Below are positions 56,099 to 64,000 of a stretch of DNA of 64,000 nucleotides, piece after piece. The stretch covers positions 23,727-87,726 of the forward strand of contig CAZPLU010000003.1 of NCBI GenBank assembly GCA_964587625.1, read 5' to 3'. The stretch comes from an uncultured Eubacteriales bacterium (lineage in GTDB: Bacteria; Bacillota; Clostridia; Oscillospirales; JAKOTC01). The notes below the pieces were generated by a model, which searched no databases, was not told the origin of the DNA, and saw only the letters and a program-made list of their open reading frames with translations. The position numbers and the translations under genes are program-made. Positions within the stretch are counted from its first letter, which is position 1, and each line of letters begins with the position of its first letter.

Positions 56099-57267
56099 AG
56101 CTACTTCGTTTTATCATCGGTTATGTGCAATTTTCAATCAAAGGCGGTTTCGCGGAGCGTTTTCTCTCCCTGTGCGCGGCCGATGGGATAAAGCTCTGGG
56201 GCTTTACACAAAGCGGCGGAGTGATCGATGTCTGCGTACGGCGTTCGTCGTTCAAAAAGCTGCGGAAGCACCGACGAGCAAGTCATGTAAAAATTAAAAT
56301 CATCGACAAGCGTGGGCTTTTCGAAGTCCTCAGGCGTTATAAGCTCAGAGTCGGACTGGCGGCGGGGGTGATGGTGTTTTTCGCCGTTTTTATTTTGTTG
56401 TCACAGCACATCTGGACCATTGAAATCAGCGGGAACAGCCGCCTCTCGACCGATGAGGTGCTGTATACGCTTGAACGGTGCGGAATCGCGGCCGGAATGA
56501 AGAGAAACGGTTTTGATCCGAATACGGCGGTCAGCCGATTGTATTTGGAGAACTCCGACATCTCCTGGATTGTGTTGAACATCAAGGGGACGACGCTGTA
56601 TGTGGAGTTGCGCGAGCGCATCTATCCGCCGGATATGCTGCCGCAGCGGCGCCCGTGCAACGTGGTTTCGGCCTATACGGGGCAGGTGATCCGGATGTAT
56701 GTCTATGACGGAAAATCCGAGGTTCGCGAGGGCGATGCGGTGGCAAAAGGACAACTGCTGGTCTCGGGCGTCATCGAGGACCGGGAGGGCGTGGTGCGGT
56801 ACACCCACGCCAGAGCCAGTGTCATCGGGGCGGCGCGAATCGAAAAACAGGTGACAATCGGTTATTCGCAGGTAAAAACCGTGAAATCGGAAGATGAAAA
56901 AACGCGTTATGAATGCGGCATTTTGGGTTTAAAGATCCCGCTGTATTTTTCGAAACCCGACCTGACCCATGACCGGAACGAATCGGTAAGGCGGCTGACT
57001 GTTTTCGGCGCGGAATTTCCGATTTGGATCCGAAAAATCACTTTCCGCGAGATGACCGTCAGCGAATATACCCTGACCCAAGAACAGGCGCTTGCCTTTG
57101 CGATGAGCGAATTGACGCTGTACGAGACCCAAGCACTGGTCGGCGCCAAGATCACCGCGCGTGACATCCAAAAGACGATATCCGAGCAAGGCATCACGCT
57201 CTCGGTCGTCTATTCGTGTGAAATCGAGATGGCGTTGGAACAGGAGATCAAGATTGAACTTGAATGA
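56092..57267 (+). CDS. yqfD: Sporulation protein YqfD
   Basis: MLKLLRFIIGYVQFSIKGGFAERFLSLCAADGIKLWGF... and one TM segment. It overlaps the end of yqfC. Confidence 0.85.
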   Translation: MLKLLRFIIGYVQFSIKGGFAERFLSLCAADGIKLWGFTQSGGVIDVCVRRSSFKKLRKHRRASHVKIKIIDKRGLFEVLRRYKLRVGLAAGVMVFFAVFILLSQHIWTIEISGNSRLSTDEVLYTLERCGIAAGMKRNGFDPNTAVSRLYLENSDISWIVLNIKGTTLYVELRERIYPPDMLPQRRPCNVVSAYTGQVIRMYVYDGKSEVREGDAVAKGQLLVSGVIEDREGVVRYTHARASVIGAARIEKQVTIGYSQVKTVKSEDEKTRYECGILGLKIPLYFSKPDLTHDRNESVRRLTVFGAEFPIWIRKITFREMTVSEYTLTQEQALAFAMSELTLYETQALVGAKITARDIQKTISEQGITLSVVYSCEIEMALEQEIKIELE

Positions 57268-57754
57268 GCGCCCGCCACGCTTCAATCAGTTTATCAAGCG
57301 GCCACGCGGCGTTCGCGGGGCTGGTCGAGGGCAGCCGAGTGTCCTTTATGCCCGTTTTCGGACAGATCAATTTTCGGTATAAATCGCTCGATGTATTTCC
57401 GTTGGTGAATATTTTTTGAATTTTACAGCGCTCTAAAATCAAACCGATGTCATTGGCTATGACCTTATCTATGCTGCTGTCGGACGAGCCCTTGATTTCG
57501 CAAGACGCGATTACGTCCCAAAGCGCGAGATTGCGGGAGTATAAAAACGCCTTTTTTTCCGGAACGGTCATCGGAGTCCCGCAGTCAAAAACGGCTGAGA
57601 GCACCTTCCAAAACCGGTTTTGAGGATGTCCGTAAAAAAAGCCCTGTTCCCTCGATTTTACCGACGGGAAGCTGCCCAAAATCAAAAGTTTCGAGTTTTC
57701 ATCGCACAGCGGCGGGATATTGTGTATCTGCGCCAAGTCAATCGCCCCCTGCAT
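57248..57754 (-). CDS. DNA-deoxyinosine glycosylase (UDG family 6-like)
   Basis: LLILGSFPSVKSREQGFFYGHPQNRFWKVL...LPSTSPANA. ATG 57754 is chosen; the longer track ORF overlaps the divergent gene's promoter region. Confidence 0.7.
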   Translation of the reverse strand: MQGAIDLAQIHNIPPLCDENSKLLILGSFPSVKSREQGFFYGHPQNRFWKVLSAVFDCGTPMTVPEKKAFLYSRNLALWDVIASCEIKGSSDSSIDKVIANDIGLILERCKIQKIFTNGNTSSDLYRKLICPKTGIKDTRLPSTSPANAAWPLDKLIEAWRALIQVQS

Positions 57755-57860
57755 CAGTATACCCCATATGGCGGCTTGGGAAAAGGGCTTGAAGTTTTTA
57801 CTGCGAAATGTTATAATCAAATCTGTCATAACAGCGGTTTTTCGATTTCGGAGGTGTATT

Positions 57861-58652
57861 GTGGCGCTCAACTTGCGGGATAAAAAGGGTTTTATTTGCG
57901 ACATGGACGGTGTGATCTACCATGGCAACAAAATTTTGGACGGCGTATCCGATTTTATCGATTGGATGAACCAAACCGGAAAAAATTATCTGTTTTTGAC
58001 GAACAGCAGCGAGCGTTCACCGTTGGAACTGCGCCAAAAACTACAGCGGATGGGTCTCGACGTCGGTCAGGAACACTTTTACACCTCGGCGCTTGCGACC
58101 GCCAGTTTTATCGCCTCTCAAGCGCCCGGTTGTACGGCATATGTCATCGGCGAAGCCGGGCTGCTGAACGCGCTTTACGATCAGGGTATCACCATCAACG
58201 ACGTCAATCCCGACTATGTGGTTGTGGGAGAAACCCGAAACTATAATTACGAGAGCATCATCCGCGCCGTACGCTATATCCAAAAAGGCGCAAAGCTGAT
58301 CGGGACAAACCCCGACCTGACAGGCCCCACCGAGAGCGGCGTCATCCCGGCGACCCGGGCGCTGGTCGCGCCGATTGAACTCGCGACCGGAAAACAGGCC
58401 TATTTTGTGGGAAAGCCGAATCCGCTGATGATGCGGACGGGGTTGAAACTGCTGGGCTGCGGCAACGACGAGACCGCGATCATCGGCGACCGGATGGACA
58501 CCGATATCATCGCGGGCATCGAATCCGAAATTGATACGGTTTTGGTTTTGTCGGGCGTGACCCAGCCGGATATGATCAACGCGTTCGCATACCGGCCGAA
58601 ATATATCTTTGAAAATGTGGGAGGAATTGCAAATGCCGCGCGTGCCGATTGA
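57861..58652 (+). CDS. HAD-IIA family hydrolase (NagD-like)
   Basis: GFICDMDGVIYHGNK...LFLTNSS...IGDRMDTDI. GTG start with GGAGG RBS. Confidence 0.8.
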   Translation: MALNLRDKKGFICDMDGVIYHGNKILDGVSDFIDWMNQTGKNYLFLTNSSERSPLELRQKLQRMGLDVGQEHFYTSALATASFIASQAPGCTAYVIGEAGLLNALYDQGITINDVNPDYVVVGETRNYNYESIIRAVRYIQKGAKLIGTNPDLTGPTESGVIPATRALVAPIELATGKQAYFVGKPNPLMMRTGLKLLGCGNDETAIIGDRMDTDIIAGIESEIDTVLVLSGVTQPDMINAFAYRPKYIFENVGGIANAARAD

Positions 58653-59256
58653 CCCCAAAACGCTCAGACCCATATTGCCCAAGAAAAGCAAACGCTTCCT
58701 CGGCTGGATCATAACGGGCGGTGTTTTTTTGATTGCGCTGACCGCTGCCGGCATCAGTTACTTAACATTTGCGAACCGCATGCAGACCTATGATCTGTAC
58801 ATCAAAACGCCGGACTTTTGTCAGGAAATTGCGGATGCGTTTGCCGAAAAGGCCGATTCCGAACAGACCCTCCAAATCACGGCGTACACCAACATCGCCT
58901 CGTATAACTACGGAACCGGGGCGCAAGTTGACGCTCTGAAAAAGGGCTCCTCCGATTTGGATCATTATGACGCATATAAAGAGTTTTTCGATTCCCGCGC
59001 GGCGCGTAATATTAAAAAAGTGTTTCGCACCAGCATCGCACAGATGATTGAATATGTCGACGACACCGCAAACGGTCTGTACACCGTCAGTTTTATTGAA
59101 GAGACCAATGAAATCGGTTTTAACATGATATTGGTCTATGTCAGCAAACCGCTCGGAGGCGAACAGGCGGCCAAGGATTATTTCGGATATAAAGGGAAAA
59201 AGGTATTTGTCGAATTGTCCGAGAACTGGTACTACGTCCAAAATCTCGGCATATAA
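58633..59256 (+). CDS. Membrane-anchored hypothetical protein
   Basis: N-terminal TM segment (FLGWIITGGVFLIALTAAGISYL). GGGAGG RBS lies 8 nt upstream of ATG 58633. Confidence 0.55.
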   Translation: MPRVPIDPKTLRPILPKKSKRFLGWIITGGVFLIALTAAGISYLTFANRMQTYDLYIKTPDFCQEIADAFAEKADSEQTLQITAYTNIASYNYGTGAQVDALKKGSSDLDHYDAYKEFFDSRAARNIKKVFRTSIAQMIEYVDDTANGLYTVSFIEETNEIGFNMILVYVSKPLGGEQAAKDYFGYKGKKVFVELSENWYYVQNLGI

Positions 59257-59345
59257 AAGATTTAAAAACTTCATGCCGGGGGATCGCAGCCCGAAAGTCC
59301 CGCGGTCTGTTTGCGTATTTACAATAAAAGAAAAGGAGGACATGA

Positions 59346-59981
59346 ATGGACTATTCACATATCGTATGGGATTTCAACGGAACGATTTTAGACGACCTTT
59401 GGGCGGGGATCATGAGTGAAAACGTCCTGCTGCGGCGCAGGGGTATGCCGGAATTTGAAACCCTCGAGCAATATTACGGCGTGTTTTGCTTCCCGATCAA
59501 AAAGTATTACGAAAATCTGGGATATGATTTTACCAAAGAACGCTACGAGGATGTCGCAGAGGAATGGATGAAGGAATACGCCTATTTCAGCACGTTCTCT
59601 CCGGTCAAAGACGGCATCCTCGAAGCGGCTGAGCATTTTCAAACGCTCGGATTGTCCCAGACCATCATCTCAATGAGCGAAATCGGGATCATGAAGCGGC
59701 AAATCGCATCGTTCGGCATCACGGATTATTTCAACGAAATCCTCGGCCTCGACAACAATCTGGCGCATAGCAAGCTCGAGCTCGCCCGCGAGTGGAAAGA
59801 GCGTATCAAACCGCGCAAGGTCTTGATGCTCGGTGACACCACGCACGACATCGAAACGGCAAAAGTGCTGGACGCCGACTGTATTCTCATCACCGGGGGA
59901 CATCAATCAAAGGAATGTCTATTGCAATGCGGCGTTCCGGTCATCGATTCGGCGGCGGAGCTGTGCGGTACTGTACTGTAA
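59346..59981 (+). CDS. HAD-IA family hydrolase (phosphoglycolate-phosphatase-like)
   Basis: VWDFNGTILDD (motif I) and LGDTTHDIETA (motif IV). AGGAGG lies 6 nt upstream. Confidence 0.75.
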   Translation: MDYSHIVWDFNGTILDDLWAGIMSENVLLRRRGMPEFETLEQYYGVFCFPIKKYYENLGYDFTKERYEDVAEEWMKEYAYFSTFSPVKDGILEAAEHFQTLGLSQTIISMSEIGIMKRQIASFGITDYFNEILGLDNNLAHSKLELAREWKERIKPRKVLMLGDTTHDIETAKVLDADCILITGGHQSKECLLQCGVPVIDSAAELCGTVL

Positions 59982-60235
59982 TAAAACGCGTAGCGTATTC
60001 GAGATCATCAGATTTTTGCATGAGAGGGAGGGATGTTCATATTCTCTCCCTTTTTGTTTTCCCGGGCGAGTATCCCTTCGTCTCAATCTTGTTTATATGC
60101 AGAGTTAAATCATGATTTTTAGCAGGACTAAAAAAACGGAGCGATTATTACAGTTCGAAAAAATCAAACCTTTTCGGCTTATTCGATACTATCTTGAGTG
60201 AGAAGCGTTTTTTACTGGGTTGGGAGGTGAGTACA

Positions 60236-61876
60236 TTGGCTTATGATGGCGTGATTCGGGATATGCTCAACAAAGATTTGTTGGACAAAATATTCGGCTG
60301 GTCGTATAACCGGTTGAGAAATCGCATGGCCGCGGAGGAACTGACGCAAGAAATATGCTTGCGTCTTTTAAAGTCGGCAGCGCGTACAGAAAGAATCGAC
60401 AACCTATGGGGGTGGATATGGGGTATAGCAAAATATACTTTGATACAATACAAACGCGATAACGGCCATATCGCGTTAGATATTGACGATTTTGAAACAT
60501 TGGCGTCATACGACGAAACAGAAGAGACCGTTTTGCACAACGAGGAAATCAATCTGCTCCGTCACGCCGTCAGCGAACTTTCGGGCAAGTACAGAGAAAT
60601 CGTTATTTTGCACTATGTTTATGAAAAAACGATTTCAGAAATTGCCATGCTGATGTCTTTGCCGATGAACACCGTCAAGTGGCGGCTCCACGAGGCGAGG
60701 AACGCGATTACTCGAAAATTGAGCGTTCAGAGAGGATCGAATCGAATGAGCACGATAGGAGAAAAATCATACAACCCGCGAAAATTTGACTTTTTGGCTG
60801 ACGGGTGGTGGAAATCCCAAACTGATGAAGCGTTGTGTTATCATAATGCCGGACGTGCACTTATGCAAAACATGTTGCTCGAAGCGAACTGCCGGGAGAA
60901 AACCGCCGAAGAATTGTCATCCGCACTCGGCGTGCCGATGGCTTACATCGAGGACGAACTTTTAAATGCAGTAAAACTGGGATTGATGAAAAAATCTGGG
61001 AGCAAATATCTGACGAATTTCATCATCCAGCCCGCCGACGCGAAAGCAAAATATACGGCAATTCATAAAAAGTATGCCCCGTATTTTTTGCGTGAATCGA
61101 TTGACTTTTTAAGATCAAAGGAGAGCGAAATTCGTGCGTTGGACTTTACGGCGCGGGATTGGGAATGGAGCCGATTGCTTTGGCATCTGCTGATGTTGTT
61201 GCGTATGTTCGGCTATAAATACGCATATGCCAAACTCAAAACGGCGGAGTATAAATCGGAAGTAAAACCGACAGGCGGGTGGATCGGCTGGTGCTGGGAA
61301 GTTCCTGTCAATCCGGAAGACGAATATGACAGCCGGCTTACCACATATTACGGCCCGTTTACGGATGATCGTCCTTATGGAAAAAGCGGCTGCGCCTCTT
61401 GTTTTGTAAACGAGGATCATTGCGACATTGCCGCGCCGTACCATGATTATTTTATCAAACGCGACGGGTACGACCTTCTCCGTAAAATTGACGCGGGCGA
61501 ATGTCCCGACCGTTTCAGCGAGCGCGAACAGGAACTATTAGCCGGAATGATTGCCAACAGGTTTATTTCAAACAACAATAAAACATTAGATTTCAATTTT
61601 CCGGTTTTTAAAAACAACAGTTTCGAGGAGATGAAATCACTGCTCGCTCCGTTCGGAGATCGTATAGCCGGTGAATATGCGAAAATGAGAAATGAGATCA
61701 TTGCCGTTTTTAAAAGGAGATTTGTTCCGGCTTGTCTTGAAAGCGACGTTAAAATGTATGTGGATAACGCAATCACTTGTCCTGCAGCCATTATCGTCGA
61801 AGCTGTAAAACAGAACCTGCTTTATTTACCCAAAGACCGCGAAAAGCTGTATCTCATGTTTTACGCAGTGATTTAA
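60236..61876 (+). CDS. Sigma-70 family (ECF-like) sigma factor fused to a ~380-aa C-terminal domain
   Basis: Region 2 (AEELTQEICLRLLKS...WGWIWGIAKYTLIQYKR) and region 4 (LSGKYREIVILHYVYEKTISEIAMLMSLPMNTVKWRLHEARNAI) are followed by a long soluble extension. TTG 60236 has a GGGAGGTG RBS; ATG 60263 is an alternative start. Confidence 0.7.
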   Translation: MAYDGVIRDMLNKDLLDKIFGWSYNRLRNRMAAEELTQEICLRLLKSAARTERIDNLWGWIWGIAKYTLIQYKRDNGHIALDIDDFETLASYDETEETVLHNEEINLLRHAVSELSGKYREIVILHYVYEKTISEIAMLMSLPMNTVKWRLHEARNAITRKLSVQRGSNRMSTIGEKSYNPRKFDFLADGWWKSQTDEALCYHNAGRALMQNMLLEANCREKTAEELSSALGVPMAYIEDELLNAVKLGLMKKSGSKYLTNFIIQPADAKAKYTAIHKKYAPYFLRESIDFLRSKESEIRALDFTARDWEWSRLLWHLLMLLRMFGYKYAYAKLKTAEYKSEVKPTGGWIGWCWEVPVNPEDEYDSRLTTYYGPFTDDRPYGKSGCASCFVNEDHCDIAAPYHDYFIKRDGYDLLRKIDAGECPDRFSEREQELLAGMIANRFISNNNKTLDFNFPVFKNNSFEEMKSLLAPFGDRIAGEYAKMRNEIIAVFKRRFVPACLESDVKMYVDNAITCPAAIIVEAVKQNLLYLPKDREKLYLMFYAVI

Positions 61877-61903
61877 TAAAAAAATTCAAGTTATACATAC
61901 AAT

Positions 61904-61940
61904 AAAAGCGGATACCCGGTTTCGCAGGTATCCGCTTTTT
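61904..61940. terminator. Bidirectional intrinsic terminator between the sigma gene and icd
   Basis: AAAAGCGGATACC-cggtttcgca-GGTATCCGCTTTTT. Confidence 0.75.
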
Positions 61941-61980
61941 GAATTTTGTTTGCAATTAACTACCGTCAGTGCGAGGTGAA

Positions 61981-63126
61981 TTACAGGTTTTGCATCAAAT
62001 ATTCGGCAAAATCGGCGCAGGTGGCGCCGTTGTCGCGTCCGGTGATTTTAATCTTTTTATCGGTGAACATGCAAAAATCCAGCGCTTTGGAAAGACGGTC
62101 GGATTCGGCTTGATAACCGATGTGCGAAAGCAGCATCACCGTTGCGCGCAGCATGGAGCAGGGGTCGGCGTATTGTGCGCGTCCCTCGTCGACCATACGG
62201 GGCGCGGAGCCGTGGATGGCTTCGAACATCGCATATTGCTTTCCGATATTCGCGCTGCCCGCGGTTCCGACGCCGCCCTGAAATTCGGCGGCCTCGTCGG
62301 TGATGATGTCGCCGTAAAGATTCGGCAGGATGAATACCTGAAAATCGGTGCGGCGCTTTTCGTCCACGAGTTTTGCGGTCATGATATCGATGTACCAATC
62401 GGTCACGCGAATATCCGGATATTCTTTCGACATCTCCTGACACAGGCGTAAAAACTTGCCGTCGGTGGTCTTAATGACATTGGCTTTGGTTACGATGGCG
62501 ACATGGTCTAAATGATTGTTTTTAGCGTATTCAAACGCAAGGCGGGCGATGCGCCGCGTACCCTGCGTCGTGGTCACGGTGAAGTCGACCGCCAGATCGT
62601 CGCTGACGTTGACGCCCTCGGAGCCGAGCACATACGAGCCCTCGGTATTTTCTCGGAAAAAGGTCCAGTTGATGCCTTTATCGGGGACTTTAACCGGGCG
62701 GACATTGGCAAACAGATCGAGTTCCTTGCGCATGGCAACATTGGCGCTCTCGATATTCGGCCACGGATCGCCCGCCCGCGGCGTGGTGGTCGGGCCTTTC
62801 AAAATGACATGGCACTTTTTCAATTCGGCCAGCACATCGTCGGGGATGGCCTTGTTGACCTTGACGCGGTTTTCGATGGTCAGACCCTCAATGGTTCGGA
62901 TTTCAACTTTTCCGGCGGCGACCGCGGGTGCCAGCAGTTTTTTGAGCACTTTTTCGGATTCTGCGGAAATGGTCGGGCCGATCCCGTCTCCTCCGCAGAC
63001 CCCGATGATGATTTTATCGAGTTTGGAATAATCGATAAAATCCCGGTCCGATTTCATGCGCTCAACGCGGGCGAGTTGTTTTTCGAGCAGTTGTTCGAAT
63101 TTGATGCTGGCATCTGCAATCGGCAT
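61981..63126 (-). CDS. icd: Isocitrate dehydrogenase (isocitrate/isopropylmalate dehydrogenase family)
   Basis: ...GVCGGDGIGPTI...FRENTEGSY...NLYGDIITDEAAEFQGGVGTAGSANIG... Confidence 0.8.
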   Translation of the reverse strand: MPIADASIKFEQLLEKQLARVERMKSDRDFIDYSKLDKIIIGVCGGDGIGPTISAESEKVLKKLLAPAVAAGKVEIRTIEGLTIENRVKVNKAIPDDVLAELKKCHVILKGPTTTPRAGDPWPNIESANVAMRKELDLFANVRPVKVPDKGINWTFFRENTEGSYVLGSEGVNVSDDLAVDFTVTTTQGTRRIARLAFEYAKNNHLDHVAIVTKANVIKTTDGKFLRLCQEMSKEYPDIRVTDWYIDIMTAKLVDEKRRTDFQVFILPNLYGDIITDEAAEFQGGVGTAGSANIGKQYAMFEAIHGSAPRMVDEGRAQYADPCSMLRATVMLLSHIGYQAESDRLSKALDFCMFTDKKIKITGRDNGATCADFAEYLMQNL

Positions 63127-63147
63127 TTTTCGATTCCCCCAAACGTA

Positions 63148-63957
63148 TTATTTTCTCTCGGTGCTTTTTGACAACAACAGCAAATAAGTCAAGCCGTCGC
63201 CGTCGGTCATTTCTTTAAAGCTGAGCGTGATTAAAGCGGAATTTTTCAATTCCGTCTTGACGGCGTCCCCGGTGATATCGGCGCGCACAGCGGCGAGCGA
63301 GGCCTGATAGGCATCCACTGTCGTGAAAATGTCGCGATAGACATTGAGCGTGGCGGTGTATTTCCCGTCCGCGTCCGCGGACAGGGTCTCGAGCCGGTAA
63401 TAATATTCGTAGGTCGGGAGAATAAAATCCGCAGACAGCAAGTTGTTTCCGCTGTTATAGACAAATCCCGTGATATCACCCGTATATTTGATTTGAACGC
63501 CGAGATGTTTTTGTAAAGTGCGCTGCAGATCAAGGAAATCGAACAGATACATCGATGTGACTGCGGTTTCGGTATGCCGCAAAGGCGTTGTAATTCCCAC
63601 CGCATAATTGACCAGCTCATTCGCACTCATTTTATCGGGATTTTCAAAATCGGTGAGGGGCAGGGTTTTTGCGTTATGCCGCGACAACAGATCGAAATAT
63701 TTTTCCCTCAAAGCGGTGTCAACGGTGATGACAGACGCCGCCGAGACCGTCACCTGCCGGCTGGAAACCTCGGAGACATCGACTGAAGGCGCCAATACCT
63801 TATCCGCTTGAGATGACGTTGATTCCGAGACCGTGCTGATGACCGAGGAACTCGCTTCCGAAGAGGCCTGGGAACTCTCTTCGGGTGTAGAGTCGCAGCC
63901 GATCAATGCGCCCGTCGTGACAAGAAGCGCCAATATTGCGGGAAAAAGTTTTTTCAT
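63148..63957 (-). CDS. Lipoprotein, unknown function
   Basis: Lipobox LVTTGALIGC followed by a Ser-rich linker. Confidence 0.65.
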   Translation of the reverse strand: MKKLFPAILALLVTTGALIGCDSTPEESSQASSEASSSVISTVSESTSSQADKVLAPSVDVSEVSSRQVTVSAASVITVDTALREKYFDLLSRHNAKTLPLTDFENPDKMSANELVNYAVGITTPLRHTETAVTSMYLFDFLDLQRTLQKHLGVQIKYTGDITGFVYNSGNNLLSADFILPTYEYYYRLETLSADADGKYTATLNVYRDIFTTVDAYQASLAAVRADITGDAVKTELKNSALITLSFKEMTDGDGLTYLLLLSKSTERK

Positions 63958-64000
63958 AATAATTACCTCCTGACTTTGGATGTGTGGTTGAGAAGTCCGC

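Overview
This is a chromosomal segment of a fairly GC-rich, spore-forming Firmicute; the Clostridia guess rests on gene content (spmAB, yqfCD, abrB-like, ylxM-ffh-rpsP-rimM-trmD), not on any search. nt 1-6908 hold the 3' part of a type I-C CRISPR-Cas locus: cas3 (cut by the window edge), cas5, cas8c, cas7, cas4, cas1, cas2, a leader and a very small array of three perfect repeats plus one degenerate terminal repeat. The rest is mostly housekeeping: tsaEB, rpiB, an FMN riboswitch with a ribU-like gene, ptsH, the ffh/rpsP/rimM/trmD cluster, spmAB, tRNA-Leu(UAG), a long ilvBNC-ilvD-leuA-cimA-leuCD-leuB operon, pdp, a heterodimeric ABC exporter pair, mutS2-recO-era-ybeY-phoH, yqfCD and icd. A few visibly AT-richer accessory genes interrupt this. 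I see no clearly new multi-gene system. The items most worth a second look are: (1) cas8c ends in a 52-residue polyacidic tandem-repeat tail and sits in a low-GC mosaic patch that also covers the 5' half of cas7; (2) two Ile/Leu/Val-rich small ORFs, each followed by an intrinsic terminator, lie between a consensus promoter and ilvB; (3) structured repeat elements fill the unusually long intergenic gaps inside the ilv-leu operon; (4) a sigma-70/ECF-like protein carries a roughly 380-aa C-terminal extension; (5) an AT-rich orphan gene encodes a Cys-rich protein. All calls come from reading the sequence and ORF translations; no database search or folding was run.
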